Assembly: GCF_001194135.2 (NCBI RefSeq)
Contig: NC_068998.1
Location: forward strand, 17,559,061-17,623,060
Direction: 5' to 3'
Length of the DNA stretch: 64,000 bases
Origin: Octopus bimaculoides
Taxonomy: Eukaryota
The position numbers were made by a program, and so were the translations under genes. The number at the start of each line of letters is the position of its first letter. The stretch's first letter is position 1. Positions 26,301 to 40,400 of this stretch are shown here, one piece after another. The notes beneath the pieces were generated by a model. The model was given only the letters and a program-made list of their open reading frames with translations. It searched no databases and was not told the DNA's origin.

Positions 26301-27498
26301 AAATACTACTTACTAAATACATTTTCTCTAAATCCTATATCTGACCCCCATTGATACTCAAATATTTTCATATGCTTCTCTATATCTATTTCCTTATTCA
26401 ATAATATTCTTCTTCCTCCTCCTCCTCTTCCTCCATTAACATAAATTTCTTCACATCCATTTTTATATCTTTTCCCTTTTTGCAGGTTAAATATGATGTT
26501 ACGTAAACAATTAATTTTAAGAATTAAGACAGAAGGAAACAAAAGTGCTTCAAAGACAATGGCATAGATATAATCATGATTTTGAAATTCTACCAGTTAT
26601 ATCAGCTGTCCAACTTTTAAATAATAATCTCTGCTTTACAGAAACACATTGCAATGTTTTTCATTGCAAATAAATGAAACACTTTTAGTTTTGTCATACC
26701 TCTTTCTCATCCATTTCTGAAGTCAATTCTCAATCAATTCTCATTTTTTCTCAAGATCAAAACACATTTCCAACTTTTCTTTGGCAAACTCAGCTAGATT
26801 TTGTTTAAAGTTATTGAAGCTAGCCATTTCGAGAGATCTCACTCTTGATTAGAATACAATATCTCCATAGCTATAAAACTGTGTCTCTATCCATAGCAAG
26901 GCACTATTTTAGCTTCCATATCTTGCCATCTTTTGCAGGTTAGATTACTGATAAACCACAGCTCTCACATCATGGTTGGCACCTCTCCAACTTGCCTGTA
27001 ATTTCTAGTCAGAATTCGAAGTGGCAACAGTCACATCAGAAAGTCACCTAACAGATCAGCTTAAGCTTTCTTACTCACACTCTCCCCTCTCTCTCTATCT
27101 CTCTCTCCCTCTCTATCTATCTATCATTTTTTCTCTATTAAGCTCATTCTATTATTGATATTACTGTTTTCACACAAGATATCGTTTTTTTTGTTTTGTT
27201 TTTTGTTTTTACTTTTTGGTTCGTGGAATATAAATATGTGACACACATGTACATACAGTTATCTAGACATGACTCACACTTTGACTACAGACTCTATTCA
27301 TTAGCAAGCATCTCTGCCAACATCCCTATCCACAAATACTATTGCACATTCACGCATTTTAAACTCTTTACTTTTGAAGAGAATGTGTGTGCGTTAAAGT
27401 ACATGTTTATATATGTATATTTGTAAATATATGTATATATATGTACATATGTGTATGTGTGTGTTACAGTACATGCGTCTATTTAGTTGTAATTATGC

Positions 27499-27543
<45 letters not shown>

Positions 27544-28032
27544 AGTATACGCGTATAATGTATTAAACTACATGTGTATGCATAAGTATATGCACACACA
27601 TGTACACACACATGGCTGTCTTTTTTTCTTTGCAGTCACTTAGTTCTGGCTTTATTCTCATTGTACAGCACTTGGAACATATCTAAGTAAATGAGATACA
27701 CACACACACATATATATATACATACATTTCATTATATACACTTCCTTATAACTTGGGTGTATGGGCTCTGCCCCCTCCCCTTCACATCTTCATCATCTTC
27801 TCTCTTTCCACCTGAGATTCCCACATTTATCTTCTGACAAGATGACACCTTTCTGTCATTCAGTACTACTCCCCCTCTGCTGAGAAATCTTGTCTTGCAA
27901 GTGACTTGGTGACCTCACTGGTGCTATGTAAAAGGCACCCAGTATACTCTGTAAAGTCCTTAGCATTAGGAATGGTATCCAGCCATAGAAATCATGCCAA
28001 CATGGAAAACAGACATCAATTGAGATGATGAT

Positions 28033-28066
<34 letters not shown>

Positions 28067-28130
28067 ATGGTGCAAAACAAGATGGAAAAAATAGTACACA
28101 AATACCAAAGGTAGAGTTAACACACACACA

Positions 28131-28174
<44 letters not shown>

Positions 28175-30709
28175 TAAAACACTCGCAACCAAGTTGGTAT
28201 TTTCTTTATTAAAGAAAGAAAATCAAGATTACTTTTTGATCTTTTTTCTTTGTTGTTGAAAAACAGCATCAAAAATGTCTTTTTTTATATATTTGAAGCC
28301 ATTCTGTTAATGATTTTTTTGTCTTCAACATTTATAATTTATATCATTAATATAAACATTTAATTAAANNNNNNNNNNNNNNNNNNNNNNNNNNNNNNNN
28401 NNNNNNNNNNNNNNNNNNNNNNNNNNNNNNNNNNNNNNNNNNNNNNNNNNNNNNNNNNNNNNNNNNNNNNNNNNNNNNNNNNNNNNNNNNNNNNNNNNNN
28501 NNNNNNNNNNNNNNNNNNNNNNNNNNNNNNNNNNNNNNNNNNNNNNNNNNNNNNNNNNNNNNNNNNNNNNNNNNNNNNNNNNNNNNNNNNNNNNNNNNNN
28601 NNNNNNNNNNNNNNNNNNNNNNNNNNNNNNNNNNNNNNNNNNNNNNNNNNNNNNNNNNNNNNNNNNNNNNNNNNNNNNNNNNNATGATTAGGGGGGGAAA
28701 ATACTTTTAAATGATTAGGGGGGGAAAATACTTTTTCATGAAAAATTTTTAGAAAAATGTGACAGATATATTGGAATTATCTGAAATTTTATTTCAGAGA
28801 GTAACTAAATATTTAGATCTCCAGTTTTTTTTTTTTTGTTTTTTTTTTTTCCTAAGTTATGGTATTCAGATACTTTATATTGTGAAACCTGACATTACAA
28901 ATATATATAATTTTGGAATAAGCTATTTTAATATGTTTATATTCTTTGATAGTTGTAACTATGATCCTAGTTGAAAATATGATCCTTCAATATTTTATCA
29001 TATGTACTAATATCCTTTTGTACTTGTTCTTTTTATATTATAGAACATGGTTATTAATGATACTGATGTATGGTGTCTTCTGGATGCTGCCTACATTAAC
29101 TATGGCACCCTATCTTGGCAATCTAATACAAAAATCTCAAGCAATACTTAGTGATGTTCCTCTTAGTGGTGTGTAATAGTTTCTTTTATCTAAAACATTT
29201 CTTAGTATTATTTCTTGTCAGTTTTTATATATGTATAATTTGATTAGTAAAACATTTAAACAGCTGTTTTGTATAAAATATTAGGTATTATACTTTAATC
29301 TAACCTATCAGCATACATTTTTATATTCAGTATTACTTCCAGGTTGTCTAACTTCCAACATCTGCACCATATTCTTAATTTCTTGAAGATACAGCTAATT
29401 ATCTCTTATCAATACAAAAGGCATTTTATTATCAATTAACTGTTTAGCCTCTAATTGAATGTGTGACAAATCTTATATCCTGTATAACTTGTGTCAGCTA
29501 ATGTTTGACCTGCTGTTGTATTGGATGTTTTTTGACTTCCTATTGTCTTTTTAGCTAACAAAAAAAGAACCCAAAAACTTTTCTGGTTCTATTTCATTCT
29601 TAAGGCATTCATCTATAGAAAAAAAAATTGAGAAAAACGATATTACCTAAGTGGAACTGAATCAATATAAAGTTATCCTTTTCTCCAATCTTCAACGTTT
29701 TCTGTGAAACTGTTTTCAAGATACAAATACTTCCTATTTCAACCTAACTACTTCTTGTATCTTTGTAATCATCTTGATGATATCGTAGCTTTTCTGCTAA
29801 ACTTATATTACTGAGATCTAATCAGCCCCAAACTAGCTTATACAGTCTTTGTTGAGCACTCAGTTCTTCATTTCACATGTTGAATTGCCTTTTTTTCATC
29901 ATTGATACAAGTACTTACATATTCACTCTTTACATATTCACTATGTTCTATTTTTATTTCTGTTCTATACCTTTTCCCCTTCAGTTTCCACTAGTTTCTC
30001 TTTTCTAGGGGTTCTCAACCGTTTTTTTTTTTTTTTAATCTATGGACCCCCTTTAATTACTATTTTATTCTGGTTGACCCCCATAATCATTCGATATTTA
30101 AAGACTAGTTTTATAGAATATTATTTATTAATGTTTTTCTCTGCATTAACTTGTGTAGGTTGAACTCTGTAAAAAAAATTTTCAGGGGCCCTTAAAATAC
30201 TATTGTGGATCCCCAGTTTACTATTTTGTTGTGTGGATCCCCAAAAATCTGATGTGGACCCTGGTTGAGAACCACTGTAGACAAACTATGCTACTTGTCC
30301 CTTTAGTTACTACATTATTATTATTGTATAAATAAATTGTTCTGATGTTAGTCAGGCTTCGATTTATAAAAAAATTTCTCCTGCAATAGTCTTAACATTA
30401 TTAAATTCATTATCATTAAATTAGATCATAAATTTTTTCTTAATTTGATCATTCTACTCTTCAATATCTGTTTGATTAAAACTATCATCTCAAGACCTTA
30501 GGTTGTTCACTTAATGTTTTAATTTTATCGGAAGTAAAGTTCATTTCAAATTTTCATAACTAATATTTTTTTTTTCTAATTACAGGTTATCCTCTCATTT
30601 TTGATACCATGGCTACAGCCTTCAGCTATTTGCGCATCCCACCTGCATATGCCTTGTTATTCTACCTCTCCATCTTCTTATATCATGTTTTATTTCTGGT
30701 AAGCCAATT

Positions 30710-30771
<62 letters not shown>

Positions 30772-32343
30772 NNNNNNNNNNAAGTAAAAACTCATAAAGC
30801 AGAACAATAATTTCCCATAGTAGCAATGTTATAAACCATTAATTTATTCCCAGAAAATATTTTACCAGTAAAATTTGTAATACTCGTAAATAAATGGCAA
30901 TAAAACAACAGTAGAATGTAAAGAAGATTTTATGTAAAGTAAAAGAAATGTCAAAATCATTTATTATAAAAAATATTATTATTATTATTGTTTTCTTAAT
31001 CACTCTCACTGGCACTAGACTCATGCACACCATCACTTGTAGACGCAATTGCCAATTCAGAAGCACTCATAGGTGGACTTGTAGATTTCTTTTCAAAAAA
31101 CAAGTCTAGAGTTATTTCTTAAGAAGAAGCCTTTTTTTCGCTCTCTATAAATTTCTCAGTAACACGCAGAGGCATTTGTTATGGTAGTAGAAACTTTTGC
31201 ACTTTGTTCAAAATTTGGATCTTGTGCTTGAAAAATAAAACTCATAAACCCAGTGTCTTGCAAAGTGAGTCCTCATAAAGTGAGGTATTACTGTATTTTT
31301 ATTGTTTTGCACCAGATCAAACCTGATCTAGCAGATTATGATCAGAAACATTCTAGTTGTAGTTATTCCATATTTTTTGTTTATCTTGGATTACTTTGTC
31401 TTGTACGATAGGGTGGAATTAGAGAGAGATTTGACTACTATTTCTCACACATCAAGCAGTCTCATAGAGCCTCTAGAGTTTGACTCGTTAATTTGATCTA
31501 TTACTTGAAAGAATAGAACAAGATCTCTTTGTTTATTGTAATATTTACTTCAATAGATATGATTTTTCATTAAAGCCACTTTGATAGAATTATAACATTT
31601 AGAAGGATTAATAAACAACAGAATATGGTGTCATTTGGGCAAATATCCCTTATATAATCATATCTGAAATGGCAAAATATAACCCATACAAATACATGAA
31701 GAGGTTGTAGAATTCATTATGATAACATATTGTGTGGAGTGACAGAAACTACTGTTTAAAGCACTTGTCCTTGTTCCAGAAGGAGAGAATATAGAAGTGT
31801 TATTGTTTTGGTCACAATTGTGAATGAAAAAGACTACAAAAGAATAATTATAATGTGAGAGCCAATGTAAGTAGTGTGGAGGGTGAATTATCTGGTAGGA
31901 GGTACAGAATGAGAACAGTAGGACAGAGGGGTTGGGCAAAGTCTGTTAACAAGATAGAGGTCAAGAGAAATGAGCTGGCCATTGAGAGAGTGAGGTCAAA
32001 TAAAGGTGGGAGATAGTATTAAAGAATGCATACGAAAGGAAACAGAAAAGCAAAAGGATATGCACATAGTGGCACTGCTGCACACATGAACAAAAGGGGA
32101 AAGAATGGGAAAGGGGTGATATAGGAAGCTTGCTGAAAAAATTGAGATCAGTAAGGAGTGGTCAAAGGTCATTGAGGAAGTAACAAAAATTTGTAGTAGT
32201 TTATAACAAAATCTGGGGAAGAAGCAGAGAGTAAGCATAATAAATAAAATGGTATACAAGTACAATCCAACTATATGCATTGTATATACTTTGCTCTTAC
32301 TAATATAGTGTTAGCACGGTGAGCAAACTGATATATCTATCTA

Positions 32344-32388
<45 letters not shown>

Positions 32389-34423
32389 CAAAAAATATAT
32401 ATGCATGTATACACACATATATGTATATACTTTCATCTACATGTGTATATANNNNNNNNNNNNNNNNNNNNNNNNNNNNNNNNNNNNNNNNNNNNNNNNN
32501 ACATAGGAAAACAGAAAGCCACTTGGAATTATTCATCAGCTGCCTCTATTCTAACTCGACGTTTCGAAATATATATATATATATATAATAATAATACAAA
32601 AAATATATATGCATGTATACACACATATATGTATATACTTTCATCTACATGTGTATATATATGCATATCAGGGTACAGGACGTTAGAACAATGAACTACA
32701 GACAACGGAACAAACACATACGAAAACGGAAAGCCACTTGGAATATTCCTTCATCAGCTGTCTCTATTCTAACCTGACGTATATATATATATATATATAT
32801 ATATATACCAGTTGAATCTGTAACTGTTAAACACTTCATTAACAGTTCAGATAAATCACATCTCATTAACAGAAAAAGTATTCATTTCCTCAACCTTATT
32901 CATAAAGGTAATAAAATACTTACTTAGATAACATCTTGATAACCTCTCTGCTAAACAACAAACCTCTCAAGCCATTCAAAACATTGCCCTCATTAACTCC
33001 ATTTAAGTAATTTCTCACAAACATTCTCCACTATCTCTTTCTCTTTCTCGCATCTATATTGAAATCAGAAAGTCTATAACACAGTTGAATCAATGACCTT
33101 TTACAAGTCTTTGACTCTACCACCATCATTGTTTCAAGGTCCACTTTTCCATGCTTTCATGGGTCAGACAGTGTTTCTAGAAACAGATTTTCTGTAGCCA
33201 GATTCTCTTCTTGTCACCTCTCCTTGTAGAATATTGGAAATGAATGAAACAGCTTGTATGATTATGATGCTCATTTATGACTATCACACTATTAAGACAA
33301 AGAGAGAGAGACACACACACACACACACACAAATTAACTTCTTGCAGTTTGTCTACTAAATCCATTCAGTCAGTCTGGTGCCACTCAGTAGGACTGAGCC
33401 CAAGAACGTGTGATTGAGAATCAAACTTCTTAACCACACACCCATATCTGCATGGCTTTTTTTTTTTTTTTTTTTTTTTCCAACAATTTGAAGTGGTTGG
33501 CATTTGGAAGGGCTTCCAGCTGTAAAAACCATGCCAAAACTGACCTCGCTTATGCTGGTGCCACATAAAAAAACACTCAGTCCACTCTACAGGGTGGTTG
33601 ATGTTAAGGGCATTCAGCTATAAAAACCATGTCAAAACAGACACAGTTGCCTGGTGTAATCTTCTACCTGGCCGGCTCCTGACAAACCATCCAACCCGTG
33701 CCAGCATGGAAGGCAGATGTTAAATGATGAATCTTATTTCAAGATATCTACAAAACTTACTTGGTGACTACATTTTCTTAACTTTTTGTCACAGTTCAAA
33801 TTATTAAGGAGTTGAAATTTAGAATTTCATTTGAGACTACCTTTTTAAGTTCAAATTTTCTCAGATCCAGTTTAACTAACTGCATTCATTTCACACAAAA
33901 AAAATGGTTTGTGTATCTAATCCAAATGGGTTTATACCTTTCTTATATTCTTTTACTGGGTCCAGTCGTTGGACCTTGGCCATGCTGGGGTACCACCTTC
34001 AATGGTTTTGGTGGATCACATCTTATCCCATTACTTTATTTTTTATATATTTTATCAACTCAGGGAAGCTGGAAGACAAAGTTAACTTGGATGTAAAGGG
34101 ACATAACTAAATGCTGCAAGATATTTTGTTTGATATTGAACTAGTGATTCTATCATCCTCTGTAGAGACAGATAGAGGCATACATACATACAAACACAAG
34201 TATTCAAAGAGATTAAAACTCTCACACACAGGGCTTTAGAAAAAACTCTTCTCTTGGCTACCACTCTGTGATTTCAAACTTAGAACCAAGTGATTGTGAA
34301 AGCAAACTTTTTAACTACAAGTCTGCATATGTTCCCATAATCTAAAAACAGTGAATATAATTTACTTCCAATATCCTTTAGTGCTTTGTTCAAATTAAGA
34401 AATTTAATTTATTGTTTTAAGAA

Positions 34424-34460
<37 letters not shown>

Positions 34461-37400
34461 TCTTTCAAATTGCTTGGTATTATTTCTAGAGCTGTTTCTG
34501 TTTCAGTGTGTAGCTATTCTGACTTTGGTGGACAACATTATGGAATCACTGATACCATGCTTGGAGAGAAATTCCATCAATAAGACATTCATCAATGTTG
34601 TTGTCACTTTTCTTGTTGTTGGTGTTATCAATGCTTTGGGAGTTCCACACACCACAAATGTGAGTATTACTTTTATTGTCATCTCACCAGATTTTTTGCT
34701 TTTCATTCTTTTGTGATTGATAAAATAAGTACCTACCTAGTATTGGGATTGATTTAATCATCTATAGCCTGTTTCCTGTACATATGCACACACAATAATG
34801 TGGACTAAGTTAGAAATTATCATTATTATTAAATGCAACAGGACAAGAAGCACACCAGACCTTATTTAATTTTATTATTTTGAAACTATTAATTTAAAAT
34901 TAATTTATCATTCCTCTCCCAGATATGAATAGAAGATAATATCAAGTACACAAGTCATTCAGAAAATATCATTAGAGCCATAACGAATAATGAAATACAT
35001 GTGATATTATGTGAAGTACACTTCTATCAAGTTGCTACAAACATTGGAACATTCGTGTGTTTTGTAATTTATAGATATATCAAATATGTGGAATTGTTAT
35101 TATTAACTAGTTTGGAGAGTTCATTCTAGTTTGGATGTTTGTTAAAACTTGCAATGATTGTCTAGTAAAAGAATTTGTTAAATGGCTTGTGGGACGTCAA
35201 AATAATTTTGTTAATAATTCTTTAAATTTTTTCAGTATAGTTATACATCTTCATATTAGCTACCTTAATTTATCTTAGAAGCCCAAGTAATGTCATGACT
35301 TAAATACAGCTATCGATTTATTACATTGCTTTTCTTTGTGTTATTGTAGGAATTTATAACACTAAAACGAAAAAACTTAATCATTTAAAACATTTTTTTA
35401 TTCAACATTCTTTCAACTTACTTTCAATATTTTTCTCTTAAATTCTTTAAATTCTGTTAAGAAAATAAATCGCTTTCCATAAGCTGTCAAAAGTAAACCA
35501 GTCCCATGAAATGCACATTTTTCATGCTGTGACCCTCAACTGGTTATTTGTAAAATAAAACTCTCTACTGCTTAGCAAAAAGAAAGCATTCTCTCTTAAG
35601 TGATTACCAATGATGCTGTTGATATTTAACTTTATAATGTTTTCTTTGTTTGATGTTTAGGCTGGACCCTACTTCAATACCCTAATGACTGTGTCATTGG
35701 AGCGGCTGGTATTCTTGGTGGTAGTCCTCACTTTTATTGGACTTATTGTGGTCTATGGTAAGTCATGGCAATTCACAGAGATACTTCCAATTGTATATTA
35801 TAAAATAATATTTCCTCTATACGCTGACTTACGCAAACACTGTTTAGTCATGGTTATTTTGTTTACTTTCTACATAGATGAGGTAGATATCTTCAGGACT
35901 ACAAAGATTATTACAGCTATATTATATCTATACAAACATGTAAAAACATTTAGTTCCTGAGATGTCAAAGTGAAGCATAAGTTTGACAACTTATTCATAT
36001 TTTAATGTGAAAAAAATATATTTCATAGAACTTTTTAAAAAAACCCCACTTAATCTAATGCAAGTTCTTTGTAAAGTGCTCAAAAGAATTTGATACAATG
36101 CAATATGAGACGGGGTTCAGAAGACAAAGATATTGAAATGAGTAATTTTTTTAATAGTTAATAATAATTCTCATAACGAAGCTGTAATGTTGTTATTTAT
36201 AAAAGCCATAAATGAATTTGAAATTTTGATATAATTCTTACATGGTAATACATTCCTCCCATTATATTTTCTGTCTATGACATAAAGTAACAACATTTTT
36301 GAAGAACTGAATTCACAATCTTACCAATTTTGCTACTAGAACAAGCAAAGGCATAAACATAACTTTCCATAATTCCACTTCAACAAACTAGAGATTTCAC
36401 ACCTAATTATTATGCCTTCATGATTTTATTAAGGTGTTAGTATAATGCAGTTAATTATTAATGTCCTAGAAATTATATTTGTTGCTTTCTTTCTTTCTGT
36501 ACAGCAAAGCAGAATTTTTCATTAGCTGAACGCATCATGATGGGTGTTTGGTTTGCCCTGTCCTGTTTGGCAACTGCTGTGAGTGAATCTTAAATATTTC
36601 ATGCTTATATATTTTTCTGTACTATATAGATTCAAGATATACCCATATAGATTCAGTACATTTCACTAAGAGTTTCACCTTTCACTACACAAGCACTTTC
36701 CTCCACCATGTCACCCTTGTGCATTACATGTCTATTTTACAATAAACAATTCATTCAATACCTAATTACTTGTCTTTCAAATTCACCTTACAAGCACACA
36801 CAGACAAGATGTTGCACACTGTACATGTGCTACTTGCTGAACTTGATTGCTTCTGTCTGCAACATTATACACACTTAAGTATGANNNNNNNNNNTCAAAT
36901 CGTCCAACCCATGCTAGCATGGAAAGCGGACGTTAAACGATGATGATGATGATGATGATGATATCATATTTGCAATGAAATGAAAAAAAAAAAAAATCAA
37001 GTGCTGAAGATAAATTTGGTCAAAAACAAAGGAATCAATTCTGAAATTCAAATCGGTAGAAATGTTTCCTTCATAGAGAAGACATATTATATCTGCTGTA
37101 TGAAAGCACTTTTGTGTGGCAGATTTTCATGTCACTTTTGATTCGTCTCTTCAGTTTACCAAAAAGAAAAGAGAAAAAAAAAAAGGAAAGAGAAAAAAGC
37201 CCTATTCCTCCAGTTGTTCTAAGGTCTGGAAAATATGAGTAAAACTGTGCTTCGCTGAGGTGTTCAGACAACACCAAAACATGTCTGGAGTTGTCACTGT
37301 ACTTACCAAAGATTACTATATTTCCTGATGTATAAGACACACTCTCACAGAACATGAACCTCTGCTTTTCGGGGCTGAAGAGAAAGGTATATTTTGTGGG

Positions 37401-40400
37401 AGAACAAATTTAACATGTTTCATCATACACTCATGCATTTGGTATGCGATCCGTAATACAGTCGCAGAAGACGCATTACAAGTTTTGTTACATTATAAAA
37501 CAGCGCATCACATAAAAAGTATTCCGCAGTTGTTTCCCTTGCTTCTGGCTGTTTTCAACGTTTGCCTGTTCCTCTGTTTATCACGAGTGTGGTTTTCACT
37601 AAAATGTATGGAGAAAACATTATATTGGACATGCTAGGAAAATTGCCCTTGTCATCATACAAATATAACATACCTTTCTTTTCCCTGCGCTTCGTACGAT
37701 CAGAAATAATTTATTTTGATTCGCTTTCGTGTATTAAATCTGTTCCGAACCAAAATGCTGGATTGTTGATTTGCAGACAATCGTACAAGTCATTTTATAG
37801 TTATTATTCCATTATGTAAGGTACATTACTCTGCTTTACTCAATTTTATTCTTTTCAGTTGAAAACTAGTTATTGGCCGTGCTTCCTTATATTGGTAGGG
37901 GTCAATAGTAACTAGGATTATATGTCGTAAGTCAGAGATTAATGTAAGCAAAAATTACATTTTGTAAAGAAGAAAAAATAGAATTAAGTGCAAATTTGCA
38001 AAAAAGAAAATTTTCAATCCGTCTGTGCTATGGAAAAAATCAATGCTTAGACCATAAAAAAAAAATGCAATTGGAAACGTTTTGATGTTCAAGGGAGATA
38101 ACTTGTATTTATGTCTGAAATTTCGTTTAAGTGGAGTGTTTGAATTACGCGTACATTTGTTATTAGAATTTAAAACTTTCCACTGTCCGAGTTATTCATT
38201 AAATTATGTATGTATTAACGTTTTCTTTTTGTTGTTGCTGTTCAGAAGTAAACTTCTTAACCACACAGCCATATATATATAAACCATGCACACACACACA
38301 CACACATACATACGCACACACACGTTCTGTTATTACACACACACTTGCAGACCCTCGCGCACGCACACATATTCACCTCTTTTTTCACTCTCCTGTCTTA
38401 GAAAGAACTTTTCCTCCACCACTTCCTCTTCCGGTCCTTCCACAATGTAACCTCGTGGACATCGGTGCTGATTTTTTCTTCCTCCGTTTTCCCCTTCTTT
38501 GAACTTTCCTTGTTTTCGACGAAGAGCTCCGCTCGAAACGTCATACTCTCCCTCTTTCCTTTCCCGAGCGTCTAGTAACACTATCCGTATCACGTCCTCA
38601 CGTTGTTGTTTTTTGTTATTGTTTTGTCTTTTTTTAAACTATATATATATAGAGAGAGAGAGATAGAAAGAGCATGGCAAACGGACGTTAAATGATGATG
38701 ATGAAAATAGAGAATCCTTACAGTGATTAATTATTCCCCCTTAGAGTTCTGCGTTTAAATCTTATATCATATAATCGATAAAAATAAAGTACCAGTCAAG
38801 TGTTGCTGGAGCTGTTTTAGTTAACTTTATCCTCATCAAAACTTTGTGGCCTTCTGCTGATGTTAGAAATCAATAATTTACATTGATTAAAATTTTTTAC
38901 ATGAAAAAAAACATAAATATCATCATCATCATCGTTTAGCGTCCGTTTTCCATTCTGGCATGGGTTGGATGGTATTACTGGCCTGCTGGAGAACTGCCCC
39001 AGCCCCAATTGATTGTTTTGGCATGGTTTCCAAACCTTTCCTAATGCCAACCACTTTACAGAGTGTGCTGAGTGCTATGTGGCACTGGCATAGGTGCATT
39101 TACATGGCACCAGCATAAGTGCATTTTGAGAAGACACATCAAGCTAAATAAAATCACAGCTATCCATAAATACATGCATGTCTTAACACTAAACAAAATG
39201 TCTTGGAGGGGTTTTTTTTTTCCTTTCTTTCTATATTTGCATTTCTGTATTTGCATTCGAATTCTATGTGTCTGCATTGTCTGTCAACTCCACAGGATAA
39301 ATAAAATAATTACTAGCAATACATACATTGAGTATCATTTCGCTTTGTTATATATGTTTCTTTAAATATATTTGAAGTCGGTTCACATTATGAACAAGCC
39401 TACATCTACATGCTTTGTCAATCTTCCATAAAGTAATTGAGGAGTCCTATTACAATATTTTGTTTATTGGGTGGAATGGAAGGCTTTCATGGAGGAGACC
39501 TTAAATTTCTTGTGAGATTTTAGATTGTATATAGCACAGTTATTGTACTTGTTATTAGGAGACACAAAGACAGACTTGACTAACTGCTCTGGTTTCACAT
39601 CCCACTTAGATCGTCTGTGCCTCTCTTCTTTCCTGATTCAATAAAATTGGAAATATTTTAAATGATGGAGCATGTGGATGTGGGAGAATGGATTGCAATC
39701 AACTGTAATCTCTCTCCCCAAAATGTGTGACCTTGTACTTTTATCAAAAAACCATTATTGTTATAATTAAAATGTAATTTTCAATTCTGTGGTTGTTTGT
39801 CTTTACATGGTAGAATTTCTTAAACATAATTTGGTTATTGATAATGATTCATTTTTGTTCTGCTGTTTCTTTTTCCTCAGGGTATTTGGGTTTATAAATT
39901 TGTTCATGGCCAAGACGAGCTGAATTACAAAGGCAGTGTATACTCTGAAACTTGGGAAACTATTTCATGGATTGTATCTGGTGTACCATTTGTGTTCGTA
40001 CTTGTTGGAGCCATTCATGCTATTATGGTAGGACGTGGTCCCTGTTGTCAGGTACATATCTCTTACTCTTTTATTTTCTTCCTGAGTTCGCTCATTGCAC
40101 TGTAGTGATGCCTGGAAATCACCTCCAAACAATTTAGTCAATCTTATCAAAACCCAGTAAGATTTATTCCATCAATCTATATTTACTGAGTGACCAAGTT
40201 ACTTTTTAACCAGAGCTTTTTAAACACACACTTGCACACATGAGTATACACTTACACATGTGAGCATGTATGCTTACGCACTCTGCAAGCACATACTCTC
40301 ACACACGTACACAGGCATTTCACTGTTTCTATCTATCAAACTTTTATTCACAAGATATTGTTCAACTTAAGACGTTTGTTGAAGGTGTAGCCCAAACTTA

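Noticed and set aside
31640-32280. Purine-rich segment with minus-strand hydrophobic ORFs
   Set aside because: The composition is typical of an ancient sense-strand LINE remnant, and the antisense ORFs are a by-product.
32380-32782. Tandem duplication of ~70-bp and ~60-bp blocks around a gap (also 28684-28735)
   Set aside because: They are adjacent to N-gaps, so overlapping contig ends (assembly artefact) are the likely cause.
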